A program made the translations under genes and the position numbers. Of a stretch of 64,000 nucleotides of DNA, positions 19,703-30,072 are shown piece after piece. The stretch is from a virus. The stretch lies in IMG/VR virus record IMGVR_UViG_3300021142_002226, positions 1 through 64,000 of that record; one strand, given 5' to 3'. The notes below the pieces were generated by a model. The model did not search any database, was not told the origin of the DNA, and saw nothing but the letters and a program-made list of their open reading frames with translations. Within the stretch, counting starts at the first letter, position 1. Each line of letters begins with the position of its first letter.

Positions 19703-20491
19703 TTATAGTAATTCAAATAATTTATATGAATTAAATCTCAATTTTTTTATAGCTTTTTCTTTGATTTGCCTAACTCTTTCTTTAGTTAGATCCAAATCTT
19801 CAGCTATTTCTTGTAAAGTACTTTCTTTATCATATAACCCAAAGTACCTGGTAATTACTTGTTTTTCATCAACATTGAGTGAATCAAGTAATGAAATTAA
19901 AGCAAAATTCAAATTTTCTTTTTCTACCTCAAGTGTGCTATCGGCAAGAACCGCATCCTGGTCGGCTATAACATCATGTAATGCATATCCCTCATCATCT
20001 GATGGTTTATCCAGAGTTTCAACAACAGGTATTGTTATTTTAACAAAGTCTGGGTTAAATTCACCTATTTTATCAGCCTGTTTATCCAATTTATACATGT
20101 CGTTTATGACATTTACAGGCAATCTTATTGAACGTGATTGTTCGTTAAGGGATTGTAGGATTGATTGTCTAATCCACCAAACAGCATAAGAAAGAAATCT
20201 TACATCTGTTTGATTTGTGTCATATTTTTCTAATGCCTTCATCAAGCCATAATTACCTTCTGATATGAGATCTTTAAGATCCATCCCTTTATGAAGATAT
20301 TGTTTAGCTACTGAGATGACAAATCTTAGGTTGCTGACAACCAATAAATCTTTGGCTTTTTCATCACCTTTATTTATTTGTCTAATAACTTCGTTTTCTT
20401 CCTCTCTTGTTAATACGTTAAATCTTTTAATGTCTGTTAGGTAGCTTAAAAGTTCGCTCTGATTAATCCAATGTGATGTGTCTAATTTCAT
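19703..20491 (-). CDS. Phage-encoded RpoD/SigA-family sigma-70 factor (Bacteroidota-like)
   Basis: SNLRFVISVAKQY, DLISEGNYGLMKA, FLSYAVWWIRQSILQSL, SIRLPVN; region 4 LTKERVRQIKEKAIKKLR. Confidence 0.95.
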   Translation of the reverse strand: MKLDTSHWINQSELLSYLTDIKRFNVLTREEENEVIRQINKGDEKAKDLLVVSNLRFVISVAKQYLHKGMDLKDLISEGNYGLMKALEKYDTNQTDVRFLSYAVWWIRQSILQSLNEQSRSIRLPVNVINDMYKLDKQADKIGEFNPDFVKITIPVVETLDKPSDDEGYALHDVIADQDAVLADSTLEVEKENLNFALISLLDSLNVDEKQVITRYFGLYDKESTLQEIAEDLDLTKERVRQIKEKAIKKLRFNSYKLFELL

Positions 20492-21114
20492 TTTTTAAAA
20501 ATTTTGTTATAAAGTGTTTTTTCTTCCTCTGTTAAATTGTCGAAGCCGACCTCTTTTATTTTATCTATAATAACATCTACTTGTTCCATATCTATGTTTT
20601 CCATAGACATTTCATTGAAGTTCGAATGTTGTTCCATGTCATTATCTAATTTGATATGCGTAAGAATTTCTTGCGCAATCTCTTCCCTCATCTTATGTAT
20701 CAAACCAATGAAAAAATGTATTTTTTGAAGTTTTTCTTCATTTGTTATTTTAACATTTGATTCATCATAAAGGTTTTTGTTAATTAAATCATTGCAAAAT
20801 CTACCATAATTATTTTCTGTTACATCAAATAGATAGAAAAGGTCTATATATTCAGAATAAACTTTATTGAATACAAGATTTAAGTCTTTTAATGATTGTT
20901 TTGAATTAAATATAACTATTAAAGATGCAGGGCCGAATGTGAATCTTAAATCATGTTCATTATCCACAACTGGTTTGATACCATGTTTAAAGTTTTCTGG
21001 ATATCTACCAAGAAACATTAACATGTATCTTTTAGATTTCTTTTTAAATAAATTTTTTATTGTCATATATAAATGATATCTCATTAAAAATAGTGCAAAA
21101 TTAATTGTCTTCAT
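20488..21114 (-). CDS. Hypothetical protein with C-terminal DUF6576-like helix motif
   Basis: VDVIIDKIKEVGFDNLTEEEKTLY resembles the C-terminal module of Bacteroidota rhomboid proteins; ATG at 21114 preferred. Confidence 0.55.
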   Translation of the reverse strand: MKTINFALFLMRYHLYMTIKNLFKKKSKRYMLMFLGRYPENFKHGIKPVVDNEHDLRFTFGPASLIVIFNSKQSLKDLNLVFNKVYSEYIDLFYLFDVTENNYGRFCNDLINKNLYDESNVKITNEEKLQKIHFFIGLIHKMREEIAQEILTHIKLDNDMEQHSNFNEMSMENIDMEQVDVIIDKIKEVGFDNLTEEEKTLYNKIFKK

Positions 21115-23497
21115 GTATAATCTTGGATATGTTATCTTTCTTAGCAACTTTAATGGTATTATCAGCCCATTCTTGTACCAATGGATTGTGACTAATTAAC
21201 CAAATGTGTTCAAAGTATAATTTTATTTTATCAAAGAATGAGCCAAGTCTTTCAAGATTTTCATTGGCAACTTTACCAGTAACTTCATCAAAGATAATGA
21301 TATTTGGTTTAGGTAACGAACAAACTTTTCTTAAAACACATCTTAGAGCTAAAGAACTAACTGTTCTTTCATAACCAGAACCAGCATACAAAGGTTTTTC
21401 AATGTCAGTTATAGCATCCACCATCCAAAATTCAACATCCCCTTTTTCATCCATTCTTAACTCCAATACGAACTCCGCAGTATCGACCAATAACATTTGT
21501 AGGTAAGAGTTAATTAATGGGATCATTGTACTCAAAATCATCTTTGATATACCGTTTTTACCAAATAACTCAAGATATACCTTATATATTTTATCAATCA
21601 GCTCATCCTTCTTCAATTCTTTTATCAACAAGTTATAGTCATTGATCAATTTTTCTGAAGACTCTACATCTTTTTCCAAACTCTTAATCTGTAACATACA
21701 CAAATCTCTTTCATTATTTGCGTTAGTTATTTTGATTCTCAGGTTTGTCAATTCTGTGTCAATCTTTTTGTTGTTTTCAATATTCTTAACATTTGCTCTA
21801 TAGTCATTAAGTTTTTGGGTTCCTCTACTCAAACTCTCATTGTAGGTTGCAAGTTCACCTTTAGCTTTACTAACAAGTAATTCGTTTTTATTGAAGTCAT
21901 CCCATTGTTTTTTAATGTCTTCAAACAAAGTAATCTTCGCATTCAAATCATTTAGTTCGACTCTCTTATTATTGTTATCATTTTCTAAAGCATTGATTTC
22001 ATTATTAATTGAATCAATTTTATCAGAGTTATCAACGCCTTCAAGTGGTCTACTGCAAGTTACGCAAAGTTCACTATCTTTTAGCATTTTTATTGTTTCT
22101 TTTTTTGAAGAAATTTGAAATTCATTTTTTAATAAAATTGTATCAATTTCTTTAGCTTGCATACTCAAACTCTGGTATGTATCAACATCAAAATTTTCAG
22201 ATGGTTGTGGTACAGCAATTTCAAGCTTAGTAAGTGCATCGTTTTTATCAGCAATCAATTTATTCAATTTATCGATACCCTCAATAATTGTCGATTCGTT
22301 GATTTTATATTGTTCTGTGTCAACATTGTTAACACGCATACTCAACAAATTATCTTTAGTTTTTTCTAACTCCTGAATATTTGCATTTATTGTGATAAGT
22401 GATTGTTTGTTAGAATCATTAAGCTTATTATTTTGAACAATCCTATCTTTTTCTTTATCAATTTTGGTTTGGACTTCAGCAACATTTGTTATAGCTAAAT
22501 GAGATTTTTCTTTCCATTCAGCATAATGTTTTTTACCAATTTTTTCTTTTTCTCTATAAAATTCAAGACCAATAAATCTGGTTAACAATCTTCCTCTTTC
22601 TGTTGGTTTTGTTTTGATTAAATCATCCAAATTATCACCAGTGGCAAGAATTGTTAGTAAGAAATCATCATAAGTACCAACATAGTTTTTAATTAAGTCG
22701 TCAGTGTATTTTCTTTGTTCACCATTTAATTGCTTGGTACCACCTTTTGGTAAAATTTGGTAAAAATCAACTTCTGATTTACACACCATACCCTTACCTT
22801 TAGATTCTTTTCTACTTATGGTTCTTTTGATAATATATTCATCGCCTTCAATTTCTACAGTACCTTTAACCACAACCAAATCTTTGTTGGTGAATTTGTT
22901 AAAAATACCATCGAGTTTATCTGTTTTACTTGTTACACCAAAAAATAAAAACGACAATAAATCAACAGTTAAAGTACTCTTACCAGAAAAATTTGCTGGA
23001 TTTGATATTATGGATGTGATGCCAGGTTTATCAATCTTGATAATATTGTTTTCACCATAAGACAGGAAATTTGAAAATTCGATTTCCTTTATCTTAAAAT
23101 TCTTATACTTACCGTTTTGTTCTTTGTAATCGGTAAGTTCTGAATTGATAGTATCGTCAAGCTTTTTAAGGAAATCACGATTTACCTCAATATTATTATC
23201 TTTAAGATACTTATCAATTAATTGGTCTTGGTAATTATCGTCAAGAATCACATCACTTGCATCAGCATGTGCTTCGAGATCTACATCTATTTCAGATGTT
23301 TTATTTGCAATAGGTTTAAAAACTACCTTAACCTTATTGGTATTATATTTATCCTGAAAATACTTTTCAATCAATTTTTCATTTGATTTATTGTAATTAT
23401 CAAGTGTATCTTCCCAATAAACTCTTATGTAATTATTCTCATTATATAAATCGACATTATAATCTGTCATATAACTCATTGTATCTGTCATCATCAT
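21101..23497 (-). CDS. sbcC: SbcC/Rad50/gp46-like SMC ATPase with N-terminal extension
   Basis: IKEIEFSNFLSYG, Walker A FSGKST, Zn hook CVTC, signature GSGYE, Walker B IIIFDE, ISH. Confidence 0.93.
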   Translation of the reverse strand: MMMTDTMSYMTDYNVDLYNENNYIRVYWEDTLDNYNKSNEKLIEKYFQDKYNTNKVKVVFKPIANKTSEIDVDLEAHADASDVILDDNYQDQLIDKYLKDNNIEVNRDFLKKLDDTINSELTDYKEQNGKYKNFKIKEIEFSNFLSYGENNIIKIDKPGITSIISNPANFSGKSTLTVDLLSFLFFGVTSKTDKLDGIFNKFTNKDLVVVKGTVEIEGDEYIIKRTISRKESKGKGMVCKSEVDFYQILPKGGTKQLNGEQRKYTDDLIKNYVGTYDDFLLTILATGDNLDDLIKTKPTERGRLLTRFIGLEFYREKEKIGKKHYAEWKEKSHLAITNVAEVQTKIDKEKDRIVQNNKLNDSNKQSLITINANIQELEKTKDNLLSMRVNNVDTEQYKINESTIIEGIDKLNKLIADKNDALTKLEIAVPQPSENFDVDTYQSLSMQAKEIDTILLKNEFQISSKKETIKMLKDSELCVTCSRPLEGVDNSDKIDSINNEINALENDNNNKRVELNDLNAKITLFEDIKKQWDDFNKNELLVSKAKGELATYNESLSRGTQKLNDYRANVKNIENNKKIDTELTNLRIKITNANNERDLCMLQIKSLEKDVESSEKLINDYNLLIKELKKDELIDKIYKVYLELFGKNGISKMILSTMIPLINSYLQMLLVDTAEFVLELRMDEKGDVEFWMVDAITDIEKPLYAGSGYERTVSSLALRCVLRKVCSLPKPNIIIFDEVTGKVANENLERLGSFFDKIKLYFEHIWLISHNPLVQEWADNTIKVAKKDNISKIIHEDN

Positions 23498-23732
23498 CTT
23501 TATCTATTTTTGTTTCTATAATATTTTCTTGTTTAACAATTTGCTCTTGCGTTTTTTCTTCGACTTTAACTTCTTCCAATTTTTTATTATCTCCACTTTT
23601 CAACATACCATATTTTTCTATGTTGAATCCATTTACAACAATTTTATTAATGAAGAATTCAACATCTGCTATATTGTTTAATTCACAATATGCCTCAATT
23701 TCTTTATATATTTTTTTATTGATATTAACCAT
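23457..23732 (-). CDS. Hypothetical protein between sbcD and sbcC
   Basis: ORF track 23457..23759; ATG at 23732 preferred. Confidence 0.6.
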   Translation of the reverse strand: MVNINKKIYKEIEAYCELNNIADVEFFINKIVVNGFNIEKYGMLKSGDNKKLEEVKVEEKTQEQIVKQENIIETKIDKDDDDRYNELYDRL

Positions 23733-24534
23733 TAACCAGTACCTCCGAATCGTTTTCAATATCAGACATATCAGATATTTTAAAAGTTAAGTATTTCACA
23801 GGATTATCTATGTTTTCAAACTGGTATGTACATTTAGATTTGTCTTTAGGATCTAATGTTATAACACAATATCCATGTTCTGAAATTGATTCACCATAGT
23901 TCTGTTGTATCAGACTTCCTACCATTATAATAGGTTGGTTATTTTTGTTAAAAAATACTTGTCTTTTATGAATATCACCACATAATGTTAAATCACATTC
24001 ATCAAACTTGTTTGGTTCAGTTCCATGATTGAATGAAAAACCATTGTCGTTTTTAGCGCCCATGATAACACCGTGAAATAAACCTATATAAGTTTTATCT
24101 TTGTAAGGTTTTTTATAAAGTTGCACTGGCGGTGTGTTGTTATTGTAAATACTATATACAGTCCAAACAACATTATCATCTGGGTACAATTCACTTTCTT
24201 TATAGTAGAAAATATTTGGTTTACCCAAAGCAGACAAGATTGGTGTCAAAGCATCTAATCTTTCTTTATTTTGTTCAACTATATCATGATTGCCAGGAAT
24301 GATGATGAGTTTCTCACAATTATCTGAACATGAATCAAGAAACCATTGAACTTCGTTAACAAGCTCTGGTGTTAGTTGATTTCGAGAGTGTACTATATCA
24401 CCAGTAATAACAATTCTATCTGGTTTTAGTAGTTTCATTTTATCAATGAAATACTCAGCAATTGATCTGAATTCTGTATGCCTCTGATACGTTCTGTAAT
24501 GTATATCGGCCAAATGTACGATTTTGTTAATCAT
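23725..24534 (-). CDS. sbcD: SbcD/Mre11/gp47-like metallophosphoesterase nuclease
   Basis: HLADIH, ITGDI, PGNHD, LFHG, CGDIH motifs. Confidence 0.93.
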   Translation of the reverse strand: MINKIVHLADIHYRTYQRHTEFRSIAEYFIDKMKLLKPDRIVITGDIVHSRNQLTPELVNEVQWFLDSCSDNCEKLIIIPGNHDIVEQNKERLDALTPILSALGKPNIFYYKESELYPDDNVVWTVYSIYNNNTPPVQLYKKPYKDKTYIGLFHGVIMGAKNDNGFSFNHGTEPNKFDECDLTLCGDIHKRQVFFNKNNQPIIMVGSLIQQNYGESISEHGYCVITLDPKDKSKCTYQFENIDNPVKYLTFKISDMSDIENDSEVLVNG

Positions 24535-24536
24535 GA

Positions 24537-25274
24537 TTATACACCTAATTTTAATTTATAATGTTGAATAATTAATTCCGCTTCTTTTTTCATGTATGGA
24601 ACAGGTATTAATTTAAATATTTCAAGATTTTTATCCCAATAAAATAAACCACCTCTGTTGAATCTTTTACCAGTTTCTTTCTCGTACATTACACCATAGA
24701 TTGAGATTTGTAAACAATAAGTTGTGTATTGAGAATATACAAGGTGATCTACAGGAAAATACATGTATTGGGCAAAATCATTATCGTAATTGAACTTTTT
24801 ATTTGTCTTAAAATCCCAAACATTAAATCTGTCCTTATCAATATCTTCTATAATATCCGATGTTCCAGCAATACCAAGTTCATCATTAAATTCAATAGAC
24901 ATAATTCTTTCTGGATGTACGCTATTAGAACCAATTATTGATAATTTTTCATCCATGCAACATTCCCTAAACGCCCTGATAACAGTCTTTTCAAAGTTAT
25001 CTCTTGGTGTATAAATGTTATTTTTAGCAAGTAAATATTTCTCTAATATTGCGTGTAAGTTAGTACCGTATTCATTGGCAACTCTATTAATTTCTTTCCA
25101 CTCCGCAAGTATTTGCTCCTTTTCAACGCCTTTCCTATCAGCGACCCTTTGCGCATGAAAGTGTTCATCAAATTTTTCTTTGTATTCACCAAGTACAGTA
25201 GTTACCGAAGTATATTTTACATTTGGTTTTTCATCGTTAAAATATGTATGGGTTTCGTGATTTAAATTTATCAT
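24537..25274 (-). CDS. PD-(D/E)xK exonuclease (RecB/Cas4-like)
   Basis: YTSVTTVL, GTNLHAILE, IAGTSDII, WDFKT, YCLQISIY. Confidence 0.85.
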   Translation of the reverse strand: MINLNHETHTYFNDEKPNVKYTSVTTVLGEYKEKFDEHFHAQRVADRKGVEKEQILAEWKEINRVANEYGTNLHAILEKYLLAKNNIYTPRDNFEKTVIRAFRECCMDEKLSIIGSNSVHPERIMSIEFNDELGIAGTSDIIEDIDKDRFNVWDFKTNKKFNYDNDFAQYMYFPVDHLVYSQYTTYCLQISIYGVMYEKETGKRFNRGGLFYWDKNLEIFKLIPVPYMKKEAELIIQHYKLKLGV

Positions 25275-25275
25275 A

Positions 25276-26253
25276 TTATTCTTTTAATCTATAACTTTTT
25301 ATTAATAATTTTTTTATTTCTTCTTGCCCATACAATTGATTATATAACGACAAATCATATCCTTCAGGTAAATTATTTATTAATACTTTATTAAATAACC
25401 TACCAGCATTTAATTTATGATAAATTTTTTTTGCATCATCCCAGGCATCAGGGTCTAATATAATCACAACGTAATTATTAGCCTTTTTATATAAAACATC
25501 GTAGATTTTATCATATAGTTTTTTTCCGAGTAATGGGATACTATTTGGGACAGGAATATGATCGAAACAACCCTCTACAATGAATACAGGTTTATTCCAA
25601 TCTATTAAATTCTCATTAAAGATAATACTTGTTTTATCCGCTTGAGAATTCAAATATTTAAATTTTTTTACTTTTGGTGATACGGCTCTGGTTACAAAAT
25701 AATTTAATTCACCATTAGCATCATAGGAAGGTATAACAATTCTATATTGATACAATCCTTCAAGACAATACCCTATTTGATATTTTTCAATTTGCTGGTC
25801 TGTAATTCCACGGTTATAGAGATATTTAAAAGCATTTGTAAAAACCTTCATGCTTTGTCTACCGTGTAATTTTATGTATTCATCTGGCAATTTAAGTTTT
25901 TCTTTTTGAAATGAATCATCAATATTAGCATAATACTCAGATTCACCAAAACTTAAATTTAGTTGCCTAAAACGTCTATAAATATCATAATTAGCATGTT
26001 CCCTAAACAATCTGTATAAAAAACCTTTGGTACCATCAATCTCTCCACATGACCAACATTTATACACACCAAGCTCATAGTTTATCTCAAGATTACCTTT
26101 ACCATCGTTAGTAACACCCTTCATTGCAGAGCAAACAGGGCAATCAAATGATATTTGTGCCCTTGTAGCGTAATGCCTACTTGGCCCCCCAAGGAACTGC
26201 TCTAATAAATCGATTAATTCATCGACCTTTTCTTGTAAATCGTGAGATAGCAT
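25276..26253 (-). CDS. DNA primase-like protein (Zn finger plus Toprim)
   Basis: CPVC...CWSC, YLYNRGI, VIPSYD, FIVEGCFD, ILDPDA; ATG at 26253. Confidence 0.85.
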   Translation of the reverse strand: MLSHDLQEKVDELIDLLEQFLGGPSRHYATRAQISFDCPVCSAMKGVTNDGKGNLEINYELGVYKCWSCGEIDGTKGFLYRLFREHANYDIYRRFRQLNLSFGESEYYANIDDSFQKEKLKLPDEYIKLHGRQSMKVFTNAFKYLYNRGITDQQIEKYQIGYCLEGLYQYRIVIPSYDANGELNYFVTRAVSPKVKKFKYLNSQADKTSIIFNENLIDWNKPVFIVEGCFDHIPVPNSIPLLGKKLYDKIYDVLYKKANNYVVIILDPDAWDDAKKIYHKLNAGRLFNKVLINNLPEGYDLSLYNQLYGQEEIKKLLIKSYRLKE

Positions 26254-26262
26254 GGTTTTCAC

Positions 26263-26294
26263 CAAAACTAATAAAAATAAATGACAAAACCAAA
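26263..26294 (-). promoter_or_regulatory. Bacteroidota primary-sigma promoter TTTG-N20-TAGTTTTG
   Basis: Exact consensus with 20-nt spacer, just upstream of the primase ATG. Confidence 0.75.
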
Positions 26295-26296
26295 CT

Positions 26297-26893
26297 TTAT
26301 ACCGTTTCGGATATAAAATTATTTTTGCGCATAAATGCTAAAGAAACACAATAAGCATCACTTGCGTCATACATTTCTTTTTTAAGGTCACCTTTTTTGT
26401 CTTTTTGCCATTCAATATGTGGTTCTCTTTCAGCAACTTTTTTCCAAATGACAGCTTTTTTATCAATATCCTTAGGATACCCACCAAAAAGTACTTTTGT
26501 ACCTTTTGCGTTTGGTTGCATCAAGTCTGGGAAAGCATTCTTTCTTGCTTCGTATGTACTAATGTATTCTGGTACTACACCAAGTTTATCATAACATATT
26601 TTAGTTACCATACCATTAAAACGTAACAAAGTACCAACAGTGTTTACGTTGTTGGATCTCAGAAGAGGCTCTTCGATAACAATATATTTTATATTCATTC
26701 CAACATATTTGTCGATAAAAACCGAAAATATATCAGCTTTTTTTATTAACTCCTCAGTCTTATTTTCTGGAAGTGGTTTAGCTTTTGGGGATATGTGTGT
26801 TAATTCCAATAATTCACCTGTTATATCTAACAGTGATACACCTATAGTTTTTGTCGATACGTCTAATCCCAGTATTAATTCTTTTTTATTCAT
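26297..26893 (-). CDS. ruvC: RuvC-like Holliday junction resolvase
   Basis: ILGLDVSTKTIG, IVIEEP, DASDAY; ATG at 26893. Confidence 0.8.
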   Translation of the reverse strand: MNKKELILGLDVSTKTIGVSLLDITGELLELTHISPKAKPLPENKTEELIKKADIFSVFIDKYVGMNIKYIVIEEPLLRSNNVNTVGTLLRFNGMVTKICYDKLGVVPEYISTYEARKNAFPDLMQPNAKGTKVLFGGYPKDIDKKAVIWKKVAEREPHIEWQKDKKGDLKKEMYDASDAYCVSLAFMRKNNFISETV

Positions 26894-26901
26894 AAATTCT
26901 A

Positions 26902-28830
26902 TTAAAGTCTTATCTTGACGTTGAAACTCACAACATCGTACCAATATTTTTTTATTGGTTGTGTTGGTTTACAAACAGCCAATAGATTACCGTCAGCATC
27001 ATGCAAACCTAATTGCGAGATAATTACAGGATAATTTGGTGTTTGTGTACTACCAAAACTTACAACATCTGTAGAAGGATCAACATTCAATAATTGTTTT
27101 GCTGTATCGTTTGTTGTTGTATAAAATTCATTTGTTGATGCTAAGCAAACAATATTTAAAGATTTTTCTGTGTTATAACTTAAGTATTCTATATACGGTA
27201 TTGAGCTTGAGTGAGCGGAACCAGTGACACCTGTGTATATAAATTCTGTATTTTCCCACTGAGTGTTTCTATTTTTATCTTCAGTAAATATCATTGTAGT
27301 TGTATGTCCTGAAGGATATACTCTAAGACCAGCCCCAGATGTACTATTGTGTCTATACTTGTTTGTATTTAATGCTGTATTTCCGTAAAAATCATATTCT
27401 TTGATAGGTTGTGTTAAAGTACCACCAGTATACATTTCACCATTAAACGCATTTACATAGAAACTGTCCACAATTTTTGGATGTGTAATAACAATAAACC
27501 CTTTGTCAAGATATGCTATACCAACACATGTGTCATTAAGGTTATCATACAAACTTTTAGCTCTTGTTGTTGTGTTGAATACTCTAACACCATCGATTAC
27601 GTCAAGGTGACCATCTGACCAACTACCAGTTGGATTTTCATATGGTTCACCAAAAGTGTCTGAGAATAATAAACAAACATTACTTTGATAATTCGAAACT
27701 GGTTGTGATAAATCTATTTTTTGGCCAAGATCTTTAACTGTTAAATCCTTTTCAGATGTGGTTGTATCTAAATCGTATCCAGCAATCAAACCTGATTTGT
27801 TGTATGTACCATACAATTCAATAGTTTTAGGTGAACCTGCCCATGAATCATATATACCAAGGTATTGTTTTGTTGGACTTGTTGTTGTACCAGACCAATA
27901 TGGTAATGTAATCTTCAAAGATTTACCATCAATAATTTCACCATATTGATTTGGTTGTATTTCCATAACCAAATATAGGTTATTTGGTACAGGTAATTTA
28001 CCATAATCAGTAACATATTCATAAGAACCAATCGTTTGTAATACAGTATCGTAGTGCTCACCAGTAGAACCTGATATATTTGGGTTTGTTATCAAATCTG
28101 TTGCAGAAACACCAGATGGTAATGTGCTTGTTGTTATTGGGTTCCAAACATATGAAATACCATTTTCATAAAATGTATTGCTTGTTGTACCAACACCAGC
28201 GGTTTTATAACCCCACTGAGTTCTGGTATATTTCATCAATTCAGCATCAGAAACAGGTAAGTTTAACCCTTTCAAAGTGTTTGCAAATATACTATTAGTT
28301 GCATCTCTTTCAATAAAGAACATTGGTGCAACATTTTCTGTTGAACCAGTAAATCCGTTTTGAGACGCATAAAGAGAATTAAAACCTTCTTCCAAATCAT
28401 AAGGAACAACATCAGTAACAACTGCTGTAGCTTCAACGTTTTTCAATATTGTATAAGTTGTTGGATTAACATCATATTCGATGAAGCCTGCACAATCACC
28501 CCCACCATACACATCAATAGCCAATTTACTATCAAGATAATTCAATATTATGAATACACTATAATAATCATTTGTTTGTAATGTGAATGTATCAGATGCT
28601 GGTGTTGTTGGAGGAATTGATGATACTATTGCTCCAACAGTATTTGTTGACAAAGCTGATAGTCTACTCGCAAGATTACTATTACTTGGAACCTCAGTAT
28701 GGGAAACTAAGACAGTATCGCCATTTTGTGGCCAATTAGCTGGCGCAGTTTTTAAATAAAATGTAGCGGTACCATCACTATTTAATTTTCTTCTATAAAA
28801 TGGAAGCCTATATTTCAATATATTGTTCAT
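26902..28830 (-). CDS. Baseplate/tail structural protein
   Basis: 642 aa, T/S/G/N-rich; C-terminal GLHDADGNLLAVCK resembles the tail-collar (DUF3751-like) motif. Confidence 0.65.
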   Translation of the reverse strand: MNNILKYRLPFYRRKLNSDGTATFYLKTAPANWPQNGDTVLVSHTEVPSNSNLASRLSALSTNTVGAIVSSIPPTTPASDTFTLQTNDYYSVFIILNYLDSKLAIDVYGGGDCAGFIEYDVNPTTYTILKNVEATAVVTDVVPYDLEEGFNSLYASQNGFTGSTENVAPMFFIERDATNSIFANTLKGLNLPVSDAELMKYTRTQWGYKTAGVGTTSNTFYENGISYVWNPITTSTLPSGVSATDLITNPNISGSTGEHYDTVLQTIGSYEYVTDYGKLPVPNNLYLVMEIQPNQYGEIIDGKSLKITLPYWSGTTTSPTKQYLGIYDSWAGSPKTIELYGTYNKSGLIAGYDLDTTTSEKDLTVKDLGQKIDLSQPVSNYQSNVCLLFSDTFGEPYENPTGSWSDGHLDVIDGVRVFNTTTRAKSLYDNLNDTCVGIAYLDKGFIVITHPKIVDSFYVNAFNGEMYTGGTLTQPIKEYDFYGNTALNTNKYRHNSTSGAGLRVYPSGHTTTMIFTEDKNRNTQWENTEFIYTGVTGSAHSSSIPYIEYLSYNTEKSLNIVCLASTNEFYTTTNDTAKQLLNVDPSTDVVSFGSTQTPNYPVIISQLGLHDADGNLLAVCKPTQPIKKYWYDVVSFNVKIRL

Positions 28831-28841
28831 ATTAATAATTT

Positions 28842-29108
28842 TTATTTATATATTATTGGATTACTTATTGTTACATTATTAGATAATGAATATATAATAT
28901 CATCATAATCACCAGTTAAATCATTCGTAACCTGGTTTAATGTTTGATTACCCAAATAGTTTACATCCATGTCAGATATTGAAAATTGTGTTGGGTTAAA
29001 ACCATTGTTTAACAATGCTTCCCTACCTGCCATTGTGAGGTAAACCGTCATTTCTCCACCAGGGATTGGTGGTGTTTGAGGTAAATTATTAATGTTTATA
29101 AAGCCCAT
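28842..29108 (-). CDS. Small baseplate/tail protein
   Basis: VYLTMAGREALL motif shared with neighbours; TATTTAT at 29157..29163. Confidence 0.65.
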   Translation of the reverse strand: MGFININNLPQTPPIPGGEMTVYLTMAGREALLNNGFNPTQFSISDMDVNYLGNQTLNQVTNDLTGDYDDIIYSLSNNVTISNPIIYK

Positions 29109-29178
29109 TTCTATTAAATTTAATTAATTATTTATTTATTTAAAGTATATTTTATTATAAATATCACAGTTTTTAATT

Positions 29179-30069
29179 TTAAACACTTAATGTTGGTACA
29201 CCACTAATTGCTGGTAAGTATCCAGTACCAGTCGATGGTGGTGTAAACGTATAGTTGTAAACTGGTGGTATATATCCAGTATTTACAAGATTTATTGATA
29301 CAACCAAATCCTGTGATGAAATATTAGGTGTTGATGTTATACTATTTGGATCACTATCATATGTTTGTACAGAAAAATTGAAATCGAATGTACCAACTTT
29401 TCTATTTGGTGCATCGGAAGTTTGCCCATAAATTTGTGTTGTAAGATCGCCAACTCCAGAAACCTGGTAATTCACCGAAATAGGTACACACTCAAAAGGA
29501 TTTATCTTTAACACACTTCCACTATAATATTCTATTGGATATCTCACTTGTAAATAACCAATCAATATTGATGTAGGAGCTACAAGTGAACTTATTGAAC
29601 GTGTGTTTATAGTTGTTCTTTGTTCATTTTTTGACACACTATAAATTTCATATGCATAATTATCATCATATGTTGTATCTGTTTTTGTTACTATAAGATT
29701 TTTGTTGTAGCTAACGTAATTTGGATTCCTAACAGTGGCATTATTAAAAACTAAACTTTTATAATATATTATTTGATTAGTTTTATTCATAATATTTAAT
29801 GTGCCGTCCTCTATATTTGTTGCGGATTTTGCGACACTGGCAACACTCACGCCAGGAGTATTCAAGTAAAATTCTGAATTAGGAATATAAAATTCAAATA
29901 CTGGTTCAAATATATTTGTTTGGACTAATGTTGTAATAGTATATGTTGATGGGAATGATATTGGCGTAAACCCCCAAACAGTCGGTAATGTTGTACCACC
30001 AGAACTGCTGCCACCTGTCGTTGTTCTTGAAACTGAACTCAAACCAACACTTATTCTTTTTTTTGCCAT
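29179..30069 (-). CDS. Putative virion structural protein
   Basis: 296 aa, T/S-rich, in the tail operon. Confidence 0.65.
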   Translation of the reverse strand: MAKKRISVGLSSVSRTTTGGSSSGGTTLPTVWGFTPISFPSTYTITTLVQTNIFEPVFEFYIPNSEFYLNTPGVSVASVAKSATNIEDGTLNIMNKTNQIIYYKSLVFNNATVRNPNYVSYNKNLIVTKTDTTYDDNYAYEIYSVSKNEQRTTINTRSISSLVAPTSILIGYLQVRYPIEYYSGSVLKINPFECVPISVNYQVSGVGDLTTQIYGQTSDAPNRKVGTFDFNFSVQTYDSDPNSITSTPNISSQDLVVSINLVNTGYIPPVYNYTFTPPSTGTGYLPAISGVPTLSV

Positions 30070-30072
30070 ATA

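Noticed and set aside
6223-20491. Host chromosomal segment (clpP, dnaJ, sigma factor)
   Set aside because: Genes are interspersed with phage-type hypothetical genes, share phage promoter motifs and lack host operon partners such as clpX, tig, dnaK and grpE.
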